Origin: an uncultured Bacteroidales bacterium
Lineage (GTDB): Bacteria > Bacteroidota > Bacteroidia > Bacteroidales > UBA1715
NCBI GenBank assembly: GCA_937892155.1
Contig: CALAUG010000032.1
Location: forward strand, 1,517 to 65,516
Reading direction: 5' to 3'
Length of the DNA: 64,000 bases
The first letter of the stretch is position 1; every line of letters starts with the position of its first letter. Shown piece after piece: positions 10,081-20,548 of the stretch. The notes beneath the pieces are model-generated. The model had not been told where the DNA came from, made no database searches, and saw only the letters and a list, made by a program, of their open reading frames with translations. The position numbers and the translations under genes are program-made.

Positions 10081-10107
10081 AAAAAAGCCGAATTTCTTCG
10101 GCTTTTT
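10081..10107. terminator. bidirectional rho-independent terminator
   Basis: GCCGAA (10087-10092), loop tttc, TTCGGC (10097-10102), flanked by an A-run and a T-run. Lies between convergent genes. Confidence 0.65.
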
Positions 10108-10135
10108 CATTTATACATTAAACATTACGCATTCA

Positions 10136-11428
10136 TTATTTTACCTCTACCAAGAAATAATTTTTCTTACCTCTTTGTAGTAAAATATATGCATCGTTCA
10201 ATATTGATTCAGTAGAAATCACCATTTCAAACGAATCTAATTTCGTTTTGTTGATACTCACGCCACCACCTTGAATATTCTTACGAGCTTCGCCTTTACT
10301 TGCAAACACATTCGTTTTTACCGCAAGTAAATCAAGAACTGGGATACCAGCATTTATTTCGTCCTTTGAAACTTGGAACAAAGGAACTCCTTCGAATACA
10401 GACAAGAAGGTTTCTTTATCGAGTTTTTTCAACGAATCGGCAGTAGCATTTCCAAATAAGATATTAGAAGCTTCTACGGCAGCTTCGTAATCTTCCTTGC
10501 TATGAACCATTGTCGTAACTTCTTGAGCAAGACGTTTTTGCAATACGCGCAAATGAGGAGCTTGTTCGTGTTCAGCAATCAAAGAGTCAATTTCTTCTTT
10601 TGGAAGCATTGTAAAAATCTTGATATATCTCTTGGCATCGTCATCGCTTACGTTCATCCAGAATTGGTAGAATTTGTATGGAGATGTGTAGCGACGATCC
10701 AACCAAACATTACCACTTTCGGTCTTTCCAAATTTGCCACCGTCGGCTTTTGTAATCAACGGACAAGTCAAAGCAAAAGCTTCAGTTCCGTTCATACGAC
10801 GAATTAATTCCATACCTGTTGTGATATTTCCCCATTGGTCGGAACCACCCATCTGCAGCTTACAGTTTTTATGTTCGTTCAAATACACGAAATCGTAACC
10901 TTGAAGAAGTTGGTATGTAAATTCCGTAAAACTCATTCCGTCAGAGCATTCGCCATTGAAACGTTTTTTCACAGAATCTTTCGCCATCATATAATTAACG
11001 GTAATCAACTTACCAACATTACGGGCGAAATCAAGGAATGTGTAATCCTTCATCCAATCGTAGTTGTTCACCAATTCCGCCGCGTTTGGCGCATCGCTAT
11101 TAAAATCAAGGAAATGTTCCAACTGAGCTTTAATACAAGAAACATTATGTGCAAGTGTGGCTTCATCCAACAAATTACGTTCTTTTGATTTTCCCGAAGG
11201 ATCACCAATCATTCCAGTTGCACCACCAATCAATGCGATTGGTTTATGTCCACAACGTTGAAAATGACGCAACATCATCACACCGCACAAATGACCAATA
11301 TGTAAAGAATCGGCAGTTGGATCAATACCCAAATAAGCCGTTGTCATTTCTTTCGCAAGTTGTTCCTCGGTTCCTGGCATGATGTCGTGAAGCATGCCTC
11401 TCCATTTCAATTCGTCAATAAAATTCAT
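10136..11428 (-). CDS. tyrS: tyrosine--tRNA ligase
   Basis: HIGH motif (SLHIGHL), KMSKS-type KFGKT, and a C-terminal S4-like domain. Confidence 0.95.
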   Translation of the reverse strand: MNFIDELKWRGMLHDIMPGTEEQLAKEMTTAYLGIDPTADSLHIGHLCGVMMLRHFQRCGHKPIALIGGATGMIGDPSGKSKERNLLDEATLAHNVSCIKAQLEHFLDFNSDAPNAAELVNNYDWMKDYTFLDFARNVGKLITVNYMMAKDSVKKRFNGECSDGMSFTEFTYQLLQGYDFVYLNEHKNCKLQMGGSDQWGNITTGMELIRRMNGTEAFALTCPLITKADGGKFGKTESGNVWLDRRYTSPYKFYQFWMNVSDDDAKRYIKIFTMLPKEEIDSLIAEHEQAPHLRVLQKRLAQEVTTMVHSKEDYEAAVEASNILFGNATADSLKKLDKETFLSVFEGVPLFQVSKDEINAGIPVLDLLAVKTNVFASKGEARKNIQGGGVSINKTKLDSFEMVISTESILNDAYILLQRGKKNYFLVEVK

Positions 11429-11452
11429 TGCAATTTTTTTTCTTGTTATTAC

Positions 11453-11863
11453 TTATTTGTTGCCGTATGTAAATTCATGCACAGTTTTTATGTCTGGTTT
11501 CGTCTGATACGTTCCTGTAATACGCATTGTTACGTATCCGTCCATTGACATATCTCCAATTTCAGACTCCACACGTTCACACGCAGCAATTATCCTTTTA
11601 TCACTATTGTCATAATTTCCTTTCAGTACAAATTTACCATTACTTTCTACCGTAATGCCATCGATAGCTGCTAAAGCTTCCTCATAAGTATTTTGTATAG
11701 TTGCCCAACGAGACAAATCTCCCATAGAAGAAAGTTGATAATCGAATGTTGCAACTGCATACCATGCTGTTCCTTCATCACTATTATCTTCTTTTTCACA
11801 CGATGCAAATAAAGTCAACGACATCAATACACCTAAAGCAATTTTTAACCAATTCTTTTTCAT
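11453..11863 (-). CDS. lipoprotein, unknown function
   Basis: MKKNWLKIALGVLMSLTLFASC lipobox. Lies 3 nt downstream of the STAS gene. Confidence 0.65.
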   Translation of the reverse strand: MKKNWLKIALGVLMSLTLFASCEKEDNSDEGTAWYAVATFDYQLSSMGDLSRWATIQNTYEEALAAIDGITVESNGKFVLKGNYDNSDKRIIAACERVESEIGDMSMDGYVTMRITGTYQTKPDIKTVHEFTYGNK

Positions 11864-11866
11864 AAT

Positions 11867-12175
11867 CTATTGTATTTTAATAATGTTTGAAAATCCTGTA
11901 ATATCAAAAACCTCCTTAACCTGAGGTTTCATGTGGGTCATAACAAGTTGACCACCATTTGCTGTAACAGTTTTTTGCAAAAGTAAGAAAATACGTAACC
12001 CCTGACTTGACGTATATTCCATATCTGTACAATCCAACTCAATATTTGAAGATTTCAATTCCATTAAAGGAGTTAAATCTTTTTGCATTTGATCTGCATT
12101 TGTTGTATCAACTCTTCCCGTTAATACGACCAATGTTTTTTCACCGTTTTTTGTAATTTTTACATCCATAGTCAC
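11867..12175 (-). CDS. STAS-domain anti-sigma-factor antagonist-like protein
   Basis: SpoIIAA/RsbV-like, ~100 aa, with a conserved phosphorylatable Ser context (MEYTSSQGLRIFL). Its start overlaps the stop of the phosphatase gene by 1 nt. Confidence 0.8.
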   Translation of the reverse strand: MTMDVKITKNGEKTLVVLTGRVDTTNADQMQKDLTPLMELKSSNIELDCTDMEYTSSQGLRIFLLLQKTVTANGGQLVMTHMKPQVKEVFDITGFSNIIKIQ

Positions 12176-13704
12176 TAATTTCCTTTATATTTCACAACAA
12201 CCATTGTAATATCATCCGATTGAGAATTTCCGCCAACAAAGGACGAAAGTTCGTTCTGTACCGTATCAAGTATAATTTGTAAAGATTCGGATTGAGTATC
12301 ATCCAAAACTTTTTGCAAGGCATTCTTGCCGAAAGCCTCCTGATTTACATTAAACGCTTCTGTTACACCATCGGTATAGAGAAATAATGTATCGTCTTTT
12401 TGGAGTTGAACCGTGAAATTCGTAAGACGGATATCATCGGTCACGCCAGCTGGGAAGCCATGAACCCCTTCCAATAGTTCAAAATGTCCATTTTTCGTTA
12501 CAAAAGGATAATCATGTCCCGCGTTTGCCACCTGCATTTCACCTGTCATAATATCAATGATTCCCAACCAAATTGTGACAAAAGTAAGTGTGTCATTATT
12601 TTCACGAATATTGACGTTTACGGCATCGAGTACTGCTTTTGGTGTTTTGTAGATTTTAAGATAACTATCTATCAAAGTTTTAGCTTTCATCATAAGCAAC
12701 GAAGCAGGAACGCCTTTCCCCGCGACATCAGCAATAGTAATAGCCACATGGGTATCATCAACATCAAAATAATTGTAGAAATCGCCACCGACTTCTTTTG
12801 CAGGATGCATTATTGCGCATATTTCAAGATGATTTGACTTATATCCTTGTTCCGGAACGGCAGACAATTGCATACGTTTGGCAACTTCCAAATCGTTGCA
12901 GATATCCCGATGTTTTCGCAATGCCAGTGTCATTGCATTAACACTTTCGGCAACCCTTCCAATTTCATCTTTATTACGTACAGACAATTTTTCGTCTGGT
13001 ATTTCTCCGTGTTCAATTCGTGCAAGATAATCCTCAATTTTTCCTATTGACAGTTTCCAGCCAGACATCAAAATAAAAAACGCAACAATGATTAATAAAA
13101 TTAATCCATACAACAATACGCAATAATTCTTGTTAAGCTGAGCAATATGCTCCTCAACTTCGGAAATATTATGTCCAAGCACTATGCAACCAATCGGTTT
13201 GGAGTTATTTTCAGCATATACAGCCTTATACAAACAATACATCGGCACACCCTGAACATTTGCCGGACCATCAAAAACACCATTTTCATCAAGGGATTTT
13301 GCAACATAGTCTTCTATGTACGTACCAACAATAGATTCACCATTGGCACCTTTGGTGCTGCCCGCAATCCGCAAATATTTTCCGTTTGGTTCACGCATCA
13401 TTGTATAGCACCACGTACCCGTTTTCTGCTTGAAATCCTCAAATGGAGATATATTTGCGTTCTTTTGAGTTCCATCACCAAGGAACACATCACCCACATA
13501 AAACTTGTTATCTTCCACACGCCAATCACCACTACCAAGATAATCCTGCAGAAATAAAATTTCGGTATGTTCCGTATTCACTACATGGAAGTATTCTATT
13601 TTCGTCAATGTTTTACCGACAAGCACCCAGGCACAAACGACGGAAATTGTGCCTAAAAGCAAACAAATCACAACTAATTTGGTGGTAATACTACGAAATC
13701 TCAT
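12175..13704 (-). CDS. membrane sensor PP2C (SpoIIE/RsbU-type) serine phosphatase with HAMP domain
   Basis: Two TMs flank a ~170-aa extracytoplasmic domain. HAMP (DEIGRVAESVNAMTLAL) is present, with PP2C motifs GGDFY, TIADVAGKG, LYTDGVTE and DDITMV. Confidence 0.85.
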   Translation of the reverse strand: MRFRSITTKLVVICLLLGTISVVCAWVLVGKTLTKIEYFHVVNTEHTEILFLQDYLGSGDWRVEDNKFYVGDVFLGDGTQKNANISPFEDFKQKTGTWCYTMMREPNGKYLRIAGSTKGANGESIVGTYIEDYVAKSLDENGVFDGPANVQGVPMYCLYKAVYAENNSKPIGCIVLGHNISEVEEHIAQLNKNYCVLLYGLILLIIVAFFILMSGWKLSIGKIEDYLARIEHGEIPDEKLSVRNKDEIGRVAESVNAMTLALRKHRDICNDLEVAKRMQLSAVPEQGYKSNHLEICAIMHPAKEVGGDFYNYFDVDDTHVAITIADVAGKGVPASLLMMKAKTLIDSYLKIYKTPKAVLDAVNVNIRENNDTLTFVTIWLGIIDIMTGEMQVANAGHDYPFVTKNGHFELLEGVHGFPAGVTDDIRLTNFTVQLQKDDTLFLYTDGVTEAFNVNQEAFGKNALQKVLDDTQSESLQIILDTVQNELSSFVGGNSQSDDITMVVVKYKGN

Positions 13705-13821
13705 ACACTTCTAAAAACACGCAAATATAATGTATTGATAGAATTACACTATTTAATCTAACAAAATAAATGCACAATGAAGGTATCAGTTATCAGGGGA
13801 AAATCTTGGTTATTGATTGAA

Positions 13822-14430
13822 TTATCTGACCTCAACAAATATAAGACTTGCAATTGGTGTTGTGGCACACACACTGACAATATAATTGCCTGTTTGTTTG
13901 ATGGCATTATGCCAACAGATGTTTTGTAATGAAACAGGTTTGTTTTGTTCGAACGGCAACACCGAAAACGATTCCAAAGGGATTGTTATGCCACACCCTA
14001 CGGCTTTAACCAAACTTTCCTTTTGAGTCCACAACGTGTAAAAACGCAGATTTTCATCATCATTCATCCATTCACGTTCTTCCGGAGTAAAAACTTTTTC
14101 GGCGACCAACAAATTTTGGGCTTTTATTTCTTCTATATCAATACCAACAGGATTTTCGTCTTTTACAAGAACTACAAACTTTCCACTATGAGAAACATTG
14201 AATTGTTCACCATTTTTCAAGAACAATTTACCATGTTCATTGGCATATATCTGGGATTCATCTATCGTTGGGAAAACAGTCAGTAATAAGACTCCAACTC
14301 CCAGACTGAGACGTTTCCCTTTTTCAAATTTAAATTTTTGAGATTGAGCATATCGTTGCGGCAACTGTCTCGCAACCGACGTAATCATTTCGTCTGTAAT
14401 GTCGTCAATATTGAGAATATACACGTTCAT
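13822..14430 (-). CDS. 4'-phosphopantetheinyl transferase (Sfp type)
   Basis: GIDIEE and WTQKESLVKAVG motifs; ~200 aa. Confidence 0.8.
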   Translation of the reverse strand: MNVYILNIDDITDEMITSVARQLPQRYAQSQKFKFEKGKRLSLGVGVLLLTVFPTIDESQIYANEHGKLFLKNGEQFNVSHSGKFVVLVKDENPVGIDIEEIKAQNLLVAEKVFTPEEREWMNDDENLRFYTLWTQKESLVKAVGCGITIPLESFSVLPFEQNKPVSLQNICWHNAIKQTGNYIVSVCATTPIASLIFVEVR

Positions 14431-14474
14431 CGTTATGAGTTGTCAGTGCAATTCGGCACGATTATATTGTCCCG

Positions 14475-14795
14475 TTATTCAACTGCCAAAAGTTCGTTCA
14501 GTTTCGTAATAGTAAAAACTTCACGTACATCTTTATTTGCCCCCTTGACAACCACATTACCTTTTCCCGGCATTTTGTCGTATGCCTTAAAAAGCACGCG
14601 TAATCCAGCAGAAGAAATAAAATCCAATTCCGAGAAATCCAAAATCAAATTAGTCATTCCCTCCATTGCTGGCAACAATTCATTTTCAAATGACGATGCT
14701 GTTTGTGAGTTTAGAAACCCAGAAATTTTCACCAATAATTCTGTTCCGTTTATCGTTTTTTGTACATCCATAGTCATTTTATTATATGTTCTCAC
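14475..14795 (-). CDS. STAS-domain anti-sigma-factor antagonist-like protein
   Basis: LDFISSAGLRVLF conserved Ser motif; 106 aa. Overlaps the 3' end of the transporter gene by 14 nt. Confidence 0.8.
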   Translation of the reverse strand: MRTYNKMTMDVQKTINGTELLVKISGFLNSQTASSFENELLPAMEGMTNLILDFSELDFISSAGLRVLFKAYDKMPGKGNVVVKGANKDVREVFTITKLNELLAVE

Positions 14796-16380
14796 GACTT
14801 TTTAGTAAGTCGACATCTATTTTTCCCTGTTTATGTGCCATAAGCAGAACCTCGAGCTGCATACAGTAACCATTTACCGCCGGCAACACATAACCAATAA
14901 ATGTTCCCATTAACACAGCCAACGGATACATATCCATAGAAAGACCACAAATAGAAAACATCAGTGGCATTACCGCAAATGCGCTGCCTGGAATTGGAGG
15001 TGCTGCAATTGCAATAATGATGGAGCTAAACAAAATTAATATTGACGATTCCATAGTAATTGGAACACCGGCAATCTCAGCCAATGGCCAAGGCAACAAT
15101 CCCAAAAATACTGCACCTGATGGCATATATGTTACAATGCTTAATGGGATAGCAAAATCAACAATCTTACCATCTATACCAAATTTATTTTTACAACAGT
15201 TCAAATTTTCCGACAAGGCAGCAATCTGTGAGCTCGTTGAGAGATTTATCATAAGTGTCGGCAACTGTTTCCTAAGCAACAATTTTATTGACACTTTGGT
15301 AACGACTGCTACACGAATCAACAAATAAGCAACAATAATTGCGGAAACACCAAGCCAGATCAATGCCATTTTATATATCTTGGATATTCCTTCAACTTGT
15401 CCGAAAACTAAATTGCAAACACCCAAGAAGACCATAAACGGTAACAAGCGACAAACTAGTTCCATCATCTTGTTGACAATGTTGGAAACCTCAACGCAAA
15501 AAGAATTTACTTTGGCAACACTATTGCCCAAAATCAGCATCACAATGCCAGCAAAAATCGCCATTGCAATTATCTGTAAATCATTATCGATGGTGAACGG
15601 CTGAAGCAAATTATTTGGAATAATATCCAACACCAACTGCAGCAAGGCGGCGAATATACTTTCCGATTCCCCTGATGAATACGAGACGTCATATACCAAT
15701 AGACAAACAACAGTGAAGGAAATAGCTGCGAGCACGTAGGTCAGCATCATATTTTTCAGCAATGAAGAACTTACTTTACCAAAAGAGCTGGTACTCCCCA
15801 TTCCTGTGATACCGGTGAGAACTCCTAGAAAAACTAATGGTGTCGCCAGTGCCGTCATTACAGCCGTTAATTTTGAAAAAATTGGATTAATAATGTTGGT
15901 ATTGATAAAGCTTGCCGCATTCGGGAATCTGCTCATAATACCACAGAACACCAACGCAAAAGCCAACGCTGCCAACATTTTATAAAGCATAGCATTTCGC
16001 GATGGTTTCTTTTCTGCATAAAACGTAACAACATTATATCCACCAGACGAATACGTATATTTCGGCACAAAGTTCATACGCGACAACCAATCATACACAC
16101 CGAACAACTGTTCATTAATCTGCAAAGGATCTACGTGAGAACCTTTTTGACTATACGTAATTACCACCTGATTAAAGCGATTACTCAAACGAACCACACA
16201 AGGTGTTTCCGAACCATACACATCACGATAGCGAAGCAACAATTCCTCCAACTGCAACGACAACTTTGTTTGATTAATAGCTCTCTTACCTGCAATTTCC
16301 ACATACGCATTTTTTAATTCCGTAGCGAAATCACTAATAGTTTCATCGGAGAGGTAAACTGATTTTTCAAACGTTCTCAT
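14782..16380 (-). CDS. dicarboxylate/amino acid:cation symporter (DAACS/SDF) family transporter with ~130-aa N-terminal cytoplasmic extension
   Basis: The C-terminal ~400 aa is polytopic with SDF-like motifs (PLVFLGVLTGITGMG, STSSQIAALSE, PPIPGSAFAV). I could not assign the N-terminal 130 aa to any family. Confidence 0.7.
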   Translation of the reverse strand: MRTFEKSVYLSDETISDFATELKNAYVEIAGKRAINQTKLSLQLEELLLRYRDVYGSETPCVVRLSNRFNQVVITYSQKGSHVDPLQINEQLFGVYDWLSRMNFVPKYTYSSGGYNVVTFYAEKKPSRNAMLYKMLAALAFALVFCGIMSRFPNAASFINTNIINPIFSKLTAVMTALATPLVFLGVLTGITGMGSTSSFGKVSSSLLKNMMLTYVLAAISFTVVCLLVYDVSYSSGESESIFAALLQLVLDIIPNNLLQPFTIDNDLQIIAMAIFAGIVMLILGNSVAKVNSFCVEVSNIVNKMMELVCRLLPFMVFLGVCNLVFGQVEGISKIYKMALIWLGVSAIIVAYLLIRVAVVTKVSIKLLLRKQLPTLMINLSTSSQIAALSENLNCCKNKFGIDGKIVDFAIPLSIVTYMPSGAVFLGLLPWPLAEIAGVPITMESSILILFSSIIIAIAAPPIPGSAFAVMPLMFSICGLSMDMYPLAVLMGTFIGYVLPAVNGYCMQLEVLLMAHKQGKIDVDLLKSRENI

Positions 16381-16512
16381 TTCTTTACGTTATAGGCCAA
16401 AATTTTACGTCGGCAAATATAAATAATGAAGATATAATTTACAAAACTAAATTCCCAAACTGCCTAGGAAACTGACAAGAAATCCGTATATTCGTACGTT
16501 AGTTTTTTGTGT

Positions 16513-17028
16513 ATGAGCAACAAGAATATAGTATTTGACAATTTGCAAGATGCAATCACATACGTGTACAGCACCGCATCAAAATATGCATGCAAAGGTG
16601 TTATCCAGAACATTGGTGGTCCATTTGGAGCAGGTATAATCCTCATCGAAGAACAAACCTTTAGGATAATTTCTATCGCCAGAAACAGCGTTTTAAAGAA
16701 TGGCGACCCAACTTGCCACGCAGAAGTTAACGCCATTCGCCAAGCTTGTAAGAAATTAGGAACACCTTTTCTGCGGAACTGCATATTAGTAACGACAGCT
16801 AAAAGTTGCCCCATGTGTCTTTCTGCCGCTATTTGGGCACAAATCAAGACTATTTATTATTCCGAAAATTACGAAAGTGCAACAGCTGCCGATTTTAAAG
16901 ATGATGCCATAGCTGAATATATCAAGGGGAAAAATTCCACACTCATTAAAGAAGTGCATCTTCAACACAAAGATACCATAAAGCCATTTGAGATATGGAA
17001 TGCAAAAGAAGACAGAATCAACTACTAA
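16513..17028 (+). CDS. zinc-dependent nucleoside/nucleotide deaminase (CDA superfamily, TadA/guanine-deaminase-like)
   Basis: CHAEVNAI and CPMCLSA zinc motifs; ~170 aa. Confidence 0.8.
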   Translation: MSNKNIVFDNLQDAITYVYSTASKYACKGVIQNIGGPFGAGIILIEEQTFRIISIARNSVLKNGDPTCHAEVNAIRQACKKLGTPFLRNCILVTTAKSCPMCLSAAIWAQIKTIYYSENYESATAADFKDDAIAEYIKGKNSTLIKEVHLQHKDTIKPFEIWNAKEDRINY

Positions 17029-17034
17029 TTTCCA

Positions 17035-17850
17035 CTAAACATAAACCATTGCACCACAAGACAGATAATCAAGTTGTCCAGCAAGGTATTGTTTCATCTT
17101 TTTATATGCATCGACACCTGTGCAATGCATAGTATAAAATTGTGTTGTTGTATATGCCCGAAGATACGAACACAGAGTTTCGATAAAATCTGTTTCATCA
17201 GAATCCGACAAATCACTGTGTACCAAATGCATACCAGCAAATACGTGTGTCGGCGTCACTGGGGATTGCTGTATGATATTTACAATCCCAGAGTGGGCAC
17301 AGCCTGCAAGCAAAACAGTCTTTTCTTCCTCGAATATCAATAGATTCTGTTCGTGACAGAAATCGTCGTGTATCATCACACTTGGTCCGAATAACAGTCT
17401 GTTTCCTTTGGGAGTGCAAATGGAACTTTGCACGTCGGAAAACAACAACAGATTATCTGCAATGTGATGATTTGTATTGCAGAAAACTAATCTATCCACA
17501 TCGGAACGAAGCAACACATTTTGATCCAGACCAATATACTTCATACCGTCCTCTTTCTCGGAATAATGGGGTTCAAATGCGCTGTTTGCTATATAAATTT
17601 TTGCCTTAGTATTGAGATTCATAAATGTTTCCAGACCACCGCCATGATCGTAATGTCCGTGAGAAAGCACTGCTACGTCCACATCGGCAATATTGAGTCC
17701 CATTTTTACTGCATTTTCGGCAAACAATGTTCCCTGCCCCATATCGAACAGCACGTTCATTCCATCGTTCAACACGACATACAGACTCAATCCGTGTTCT
17801 ACGGACATTCCGCAGTCTGTTGTATTTTCAACAAGAGAATAAATTTTCAT
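17035..17850 (-). CDS. MBL-fold metallo-hydrolase
   Basis: HxHxDH motif (SHGHYDHGGG); ~270 aa. Confidence 0.8.
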   Translation of the reverse strand: MKIYSLVENTTDCGMSVEHGLSLYVVLNDGMNVLFDMGQGTLFAENAVKMGLNIADVDVAVLSHGHYDHGGGLETFMNLNTKAKIYIANSAFEPHYSEKEDGMKYIGLDQNVLLRSDVDRLVFCNTNHHIADNLLLFSDVQSSICTPKGNRLLFGPSVMIHDDFCHEQNLLIFEEEKTVLLAGCAHSGIVNIIQQSPVTPTHVFAGMHLVHSDLSDSDETDFIETLCSYLRAYTTTQFYTMHCTGVDAYKKMKQYLAGQLDYLSCGAMVYV

Positions 17851-17855
17851 TATGC

Positions 17856-18965
17856 TTATTCTTTATAAAACAGTCGGACTTGGTACAAACGAGGCCACAA
17901 TTTTCCTGTTATATAAAAATTATCGTTTTGAGGATTCCAAGCTATGCCATTCAATACGTCAACACCATCGGACAATTCCTCAGGAAGCAGATTCGAGAAA
18001 TCTATTTGGGCTGCTACTTTTCCATTTGACGGATTAATTTTCACAATTTTATCTGTTTGATACACATTGGCATAAACAAATCCATCAACAAATTCCAGTT
18101 CATTCAAATTTGAAATTGCGCCAAGATTATCAAACACCCCTACTTTCTTTACCAAAGAAAAATCTTTTGGATTATAGAAATACAAAAATTCTGAACCGTC
18201 GCTCATAACTAAATTTGTTCCGTCGTAACACAGTCCCCATCCTTCAGTTTCGTATGAAAAAACACCGATTTTTTCAAACGTGTTCTTGTCATAAATAAAT
18301 CCCGTATTTTCGCGCCAAGTCAACTGAAACAACGAATCGCCAACGACGGTCAAACCTTCCGCAAAATATTTGTCGTCTATTTTCTGTTGTTTGGCAACTG
18401 CACCAGATTTCACATCAACCAAGCGCAGCGAAGACTCTCCATACAAACCGGCACTTTCATAAAATTTCCCTTGCTCGTACTGTAATCCCTGCGTATATGA
18501 TTTCTTATCATGACTGAACGATGCAATTACTTCATAACTCAAATTAGCCGGAACGATATCAGACAAAATTCGAATGGAACGGTTTTGAACTTCCTTTTTC
18601 CCTTTTCTATAGATCTCAAATATGATATTTCTATCGCCCATTGACAAACCCTCGGTCACAAATGTGCATGTTGTCGTTTCGTAACAAGTCTGGTACGTTG
18701 ATTTTAAATCAAAACGAAGAACAACGGAATCAGGAACATATCCTTTTTTTGACGAAAATTCAAACTGAACGGTATCGCCAGCATACAATATTTTATTCTG
18801 AGACGAAGTAACATTGAATTGTTTTCCCTTCTCCTCACAGCCAAACATTAGAAGAATGGCACAAACTACATACAAACAGCGCTTCACAACTAATTCTTTT
18901 TTACAAAAATAACAAACTGCTGAAATTACACACATCATTCTGCATGATGATTTAAAAATTACCAC
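17856..18965 (-). CDS. glutaminyl-peptide cyclotransferase (beta-propeller type) with N-terminal extra domain
   Basis: YTQGLQYEQGKFYESAGLYGESSLRLVD and later blades resemble bacterial/plant glutamine cyclotransferase. The N-terminus is lipoprotein-like (LLMFGC). Start uncertain. Confidence 0.75.
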   Translation of the reverse strand: MVIFKSSCRMMCVISAVCYFCKKELVVKRCLYVVCAILLMFGCEEKGKQFNVTSSQNKILYAGDTVQFEFSSKKGYVPDSVVLRFDLKSTYQTCYETTTCTFVTEGLSMGDRNIIFEIYRKGKKEVQNRSIRILSDIVPANLSYEVIASFSHDKKSYTQGLQYEQGKFYESAGLYGESSLRLVDVKSGAVAKQQKIDDKYFAEGLTVVGDSLFQLTWRENTGFIYDKNTFEKIGVFSYETEGWGLCYDGTNLVMSDGSEFLYFYNPKDFSLVKKVGVFDNLGAISNLNELEFVDGFVYANVYQTDKIVKINPSNGKVAAQIDFSNLLPEELSDGVDVLNGIAWNPQNDNFYITGKLWPRLYQVRLFYKE

Positions 18966-19017
18966 GTTCAGAATATATTTCTATTCCTTTTATGTAATTT
19001 TGTGAGAAACAAGTAAC

Positions 19018-20508
19018 ATGAAGATTTTCTCATCCGAGCAAATGCACAAGGCAGACGCCTACACGATTGAGCACGAGCCCATTACGTCAATCGACCTAAT
19101 GGAACGAGCATCTCAAAAACTTGTTGACGCAGCGCAATGGAACAAACCAAGCAATAACAAAAAACTATTCTACATATTTTGTGGAATTGGGAATAACGGA
19201 GGAGACGGCCTTGCCATTGCGCGAATATTACATCAGCACGGGCACGAGGTGCATGTCAACATTGTTGGCGACCTCGACAAAGCAAGTTCCGACTGTAAAG
19301 AAAATCTATGCCGACTACAGGCACTTGGTTTCACCAATTTCAACAATATAACATCGACGAAGATTGAAGATATTCCTGCAAACGCAATTATCCTTGATGG
19401 CATTTTCGGTTCTGGGTTAAATAGACCTATTACCGGTTTGACTGCACAAATCATAGAAAGAGTAAATTCGCTTCCAAACGAGCGAATTGCGATAGATATT
19501 CCTTCGGGACTATATGCCGACAAACCTGTTGAACAAGATGCAGTTGTTTTCCATGCAGACAAAACATACACTTTTCAAGCGCCGAAGCTACAGTTTTTAT
19601 TTGCAGAAAATGAGCAATACGTCGGACATTTTGAAGTAATAGACATTCAGCTCATTAATCCATTCAACGATGCTGAAGCTCCCGTGCAATTCGTCACCTC
19701 AAAAGACATTCACATACAAAGGCGTCACGATTTTTCCCACAAAGGCACGTTCGGACACGCACTACTCGTGTCTGGAAGCTACGGAAAAATGGGGGCTGCC
19801 ATATTAGCATCACGTTCATGCCTTACAACCGGATGCGGACTACTCACAACGCACGTACCAAGTAGCGGAAATATTATTTTACAAATTGCAGTTCCCGAAG
19901 CAATGACTGACATTGATGAACACGAAAGATGCACGTCATCAATACCACATACGGAAAAATATTCAGCCATTGGCATAGGTCCAGGACTTGGCACCGAACA
20001 GGCAACCATCAACGCAATACGTTCATTCTTGATGAACAATAGCAAGCCAACTGTTATTGATGCCGACGCACTCAACATTATTGCGCAAAACGACGATTTG
20101 TGGAAATACATCAGACCAAACACGATATTAACTCCGCATCCTGGAGAATTTGACAGACTAACGAAGAAACACAAAACCTGCTACGAACGATTTCTTTCAC
20201 AAATAGCATTATCCCAAAAAACATCGTGCGTCATAGTTCTGAAAGGACGCTACACAACCATTACCACGCCAGAAGGAAATATATACTTCAACAGCACAGG
20301 CAACCCCGGAATGGCAACAGCAGGCAGTGGCGATGTTTTAACTGGTATGATAACTTCACTACTTGCCCAAGGCTACGCTCCTATTGAAGCTGCGAAAATT
20401 GGTGTATTTCTGCACGGACAAGCCGGTGACACGTCTGCACTCCGTTCACAAGAAACCGTAACTGCAAGCGACATAATTAATTGCATCAATTTTAACATTG
20501 TATCATAA
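19018..20508 (+). CDS. nnr: bifunctional NAD(P)H-hydrate epimerase / ADP-dependent dehydratase
   Basis: YjeF_N motif GNNGGDG plus a C-terminal carbohydrate-kinase-like domain (GSGDVLTG). Confidence 0.9.
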   Translation: MKIFSSEQMHKADAYTIEHEPITSIDLMERASQKLVDAAQWNKPSNNKKLFYIFCGIGNNGGDGLAIARILHQHGHEVHVNIVGDLDKASSDCKENLCRLQALGFTNFNNITSTKIEDIPANAIILDGIFGSGLNRPITGLTAQIIERVNSLPNERIAIDIPSGLYADKPVEQDAVVFHADKTYTFQAPKLQFLFAENEQYVGHFEVIDIQLINPFNDAEAPVQFVTSKDIHIQRRHDFSHKGTFGHALLVSGSYGKMGAAILASRSCLTTGCGLLTTHVPSSGNIILQIAVPEAMTDIDEHERCTSSIPHTEKYSAIGIGPGLGTEQATINAIRSFLMNNSKPTVIDADALNIIAQNDDLWKYIRPNTILTPHPGEFDRLTKKHKTCYERFLSQIALSQKTSCVIVLKGRYTTITTPEGNIYFNSTGNPGMATAGSGDVLTGMITSLLAQGYAPIEAAKIGVFLHGQAGDTSALRSQETVTASDIINCINFNIVS

Positions 20509-20548
20509 AGAAGTCAATAAAAATTGTACTTTTAACGCAAATTACAAT

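Noticed and set aside
16464-16847. 127-aa minus-strand ORF opposite the deaminase gene
   Set aside because: It overlaps a plus-strand gene that has clear CDA zinc motifs, and it has no motifs of its own.
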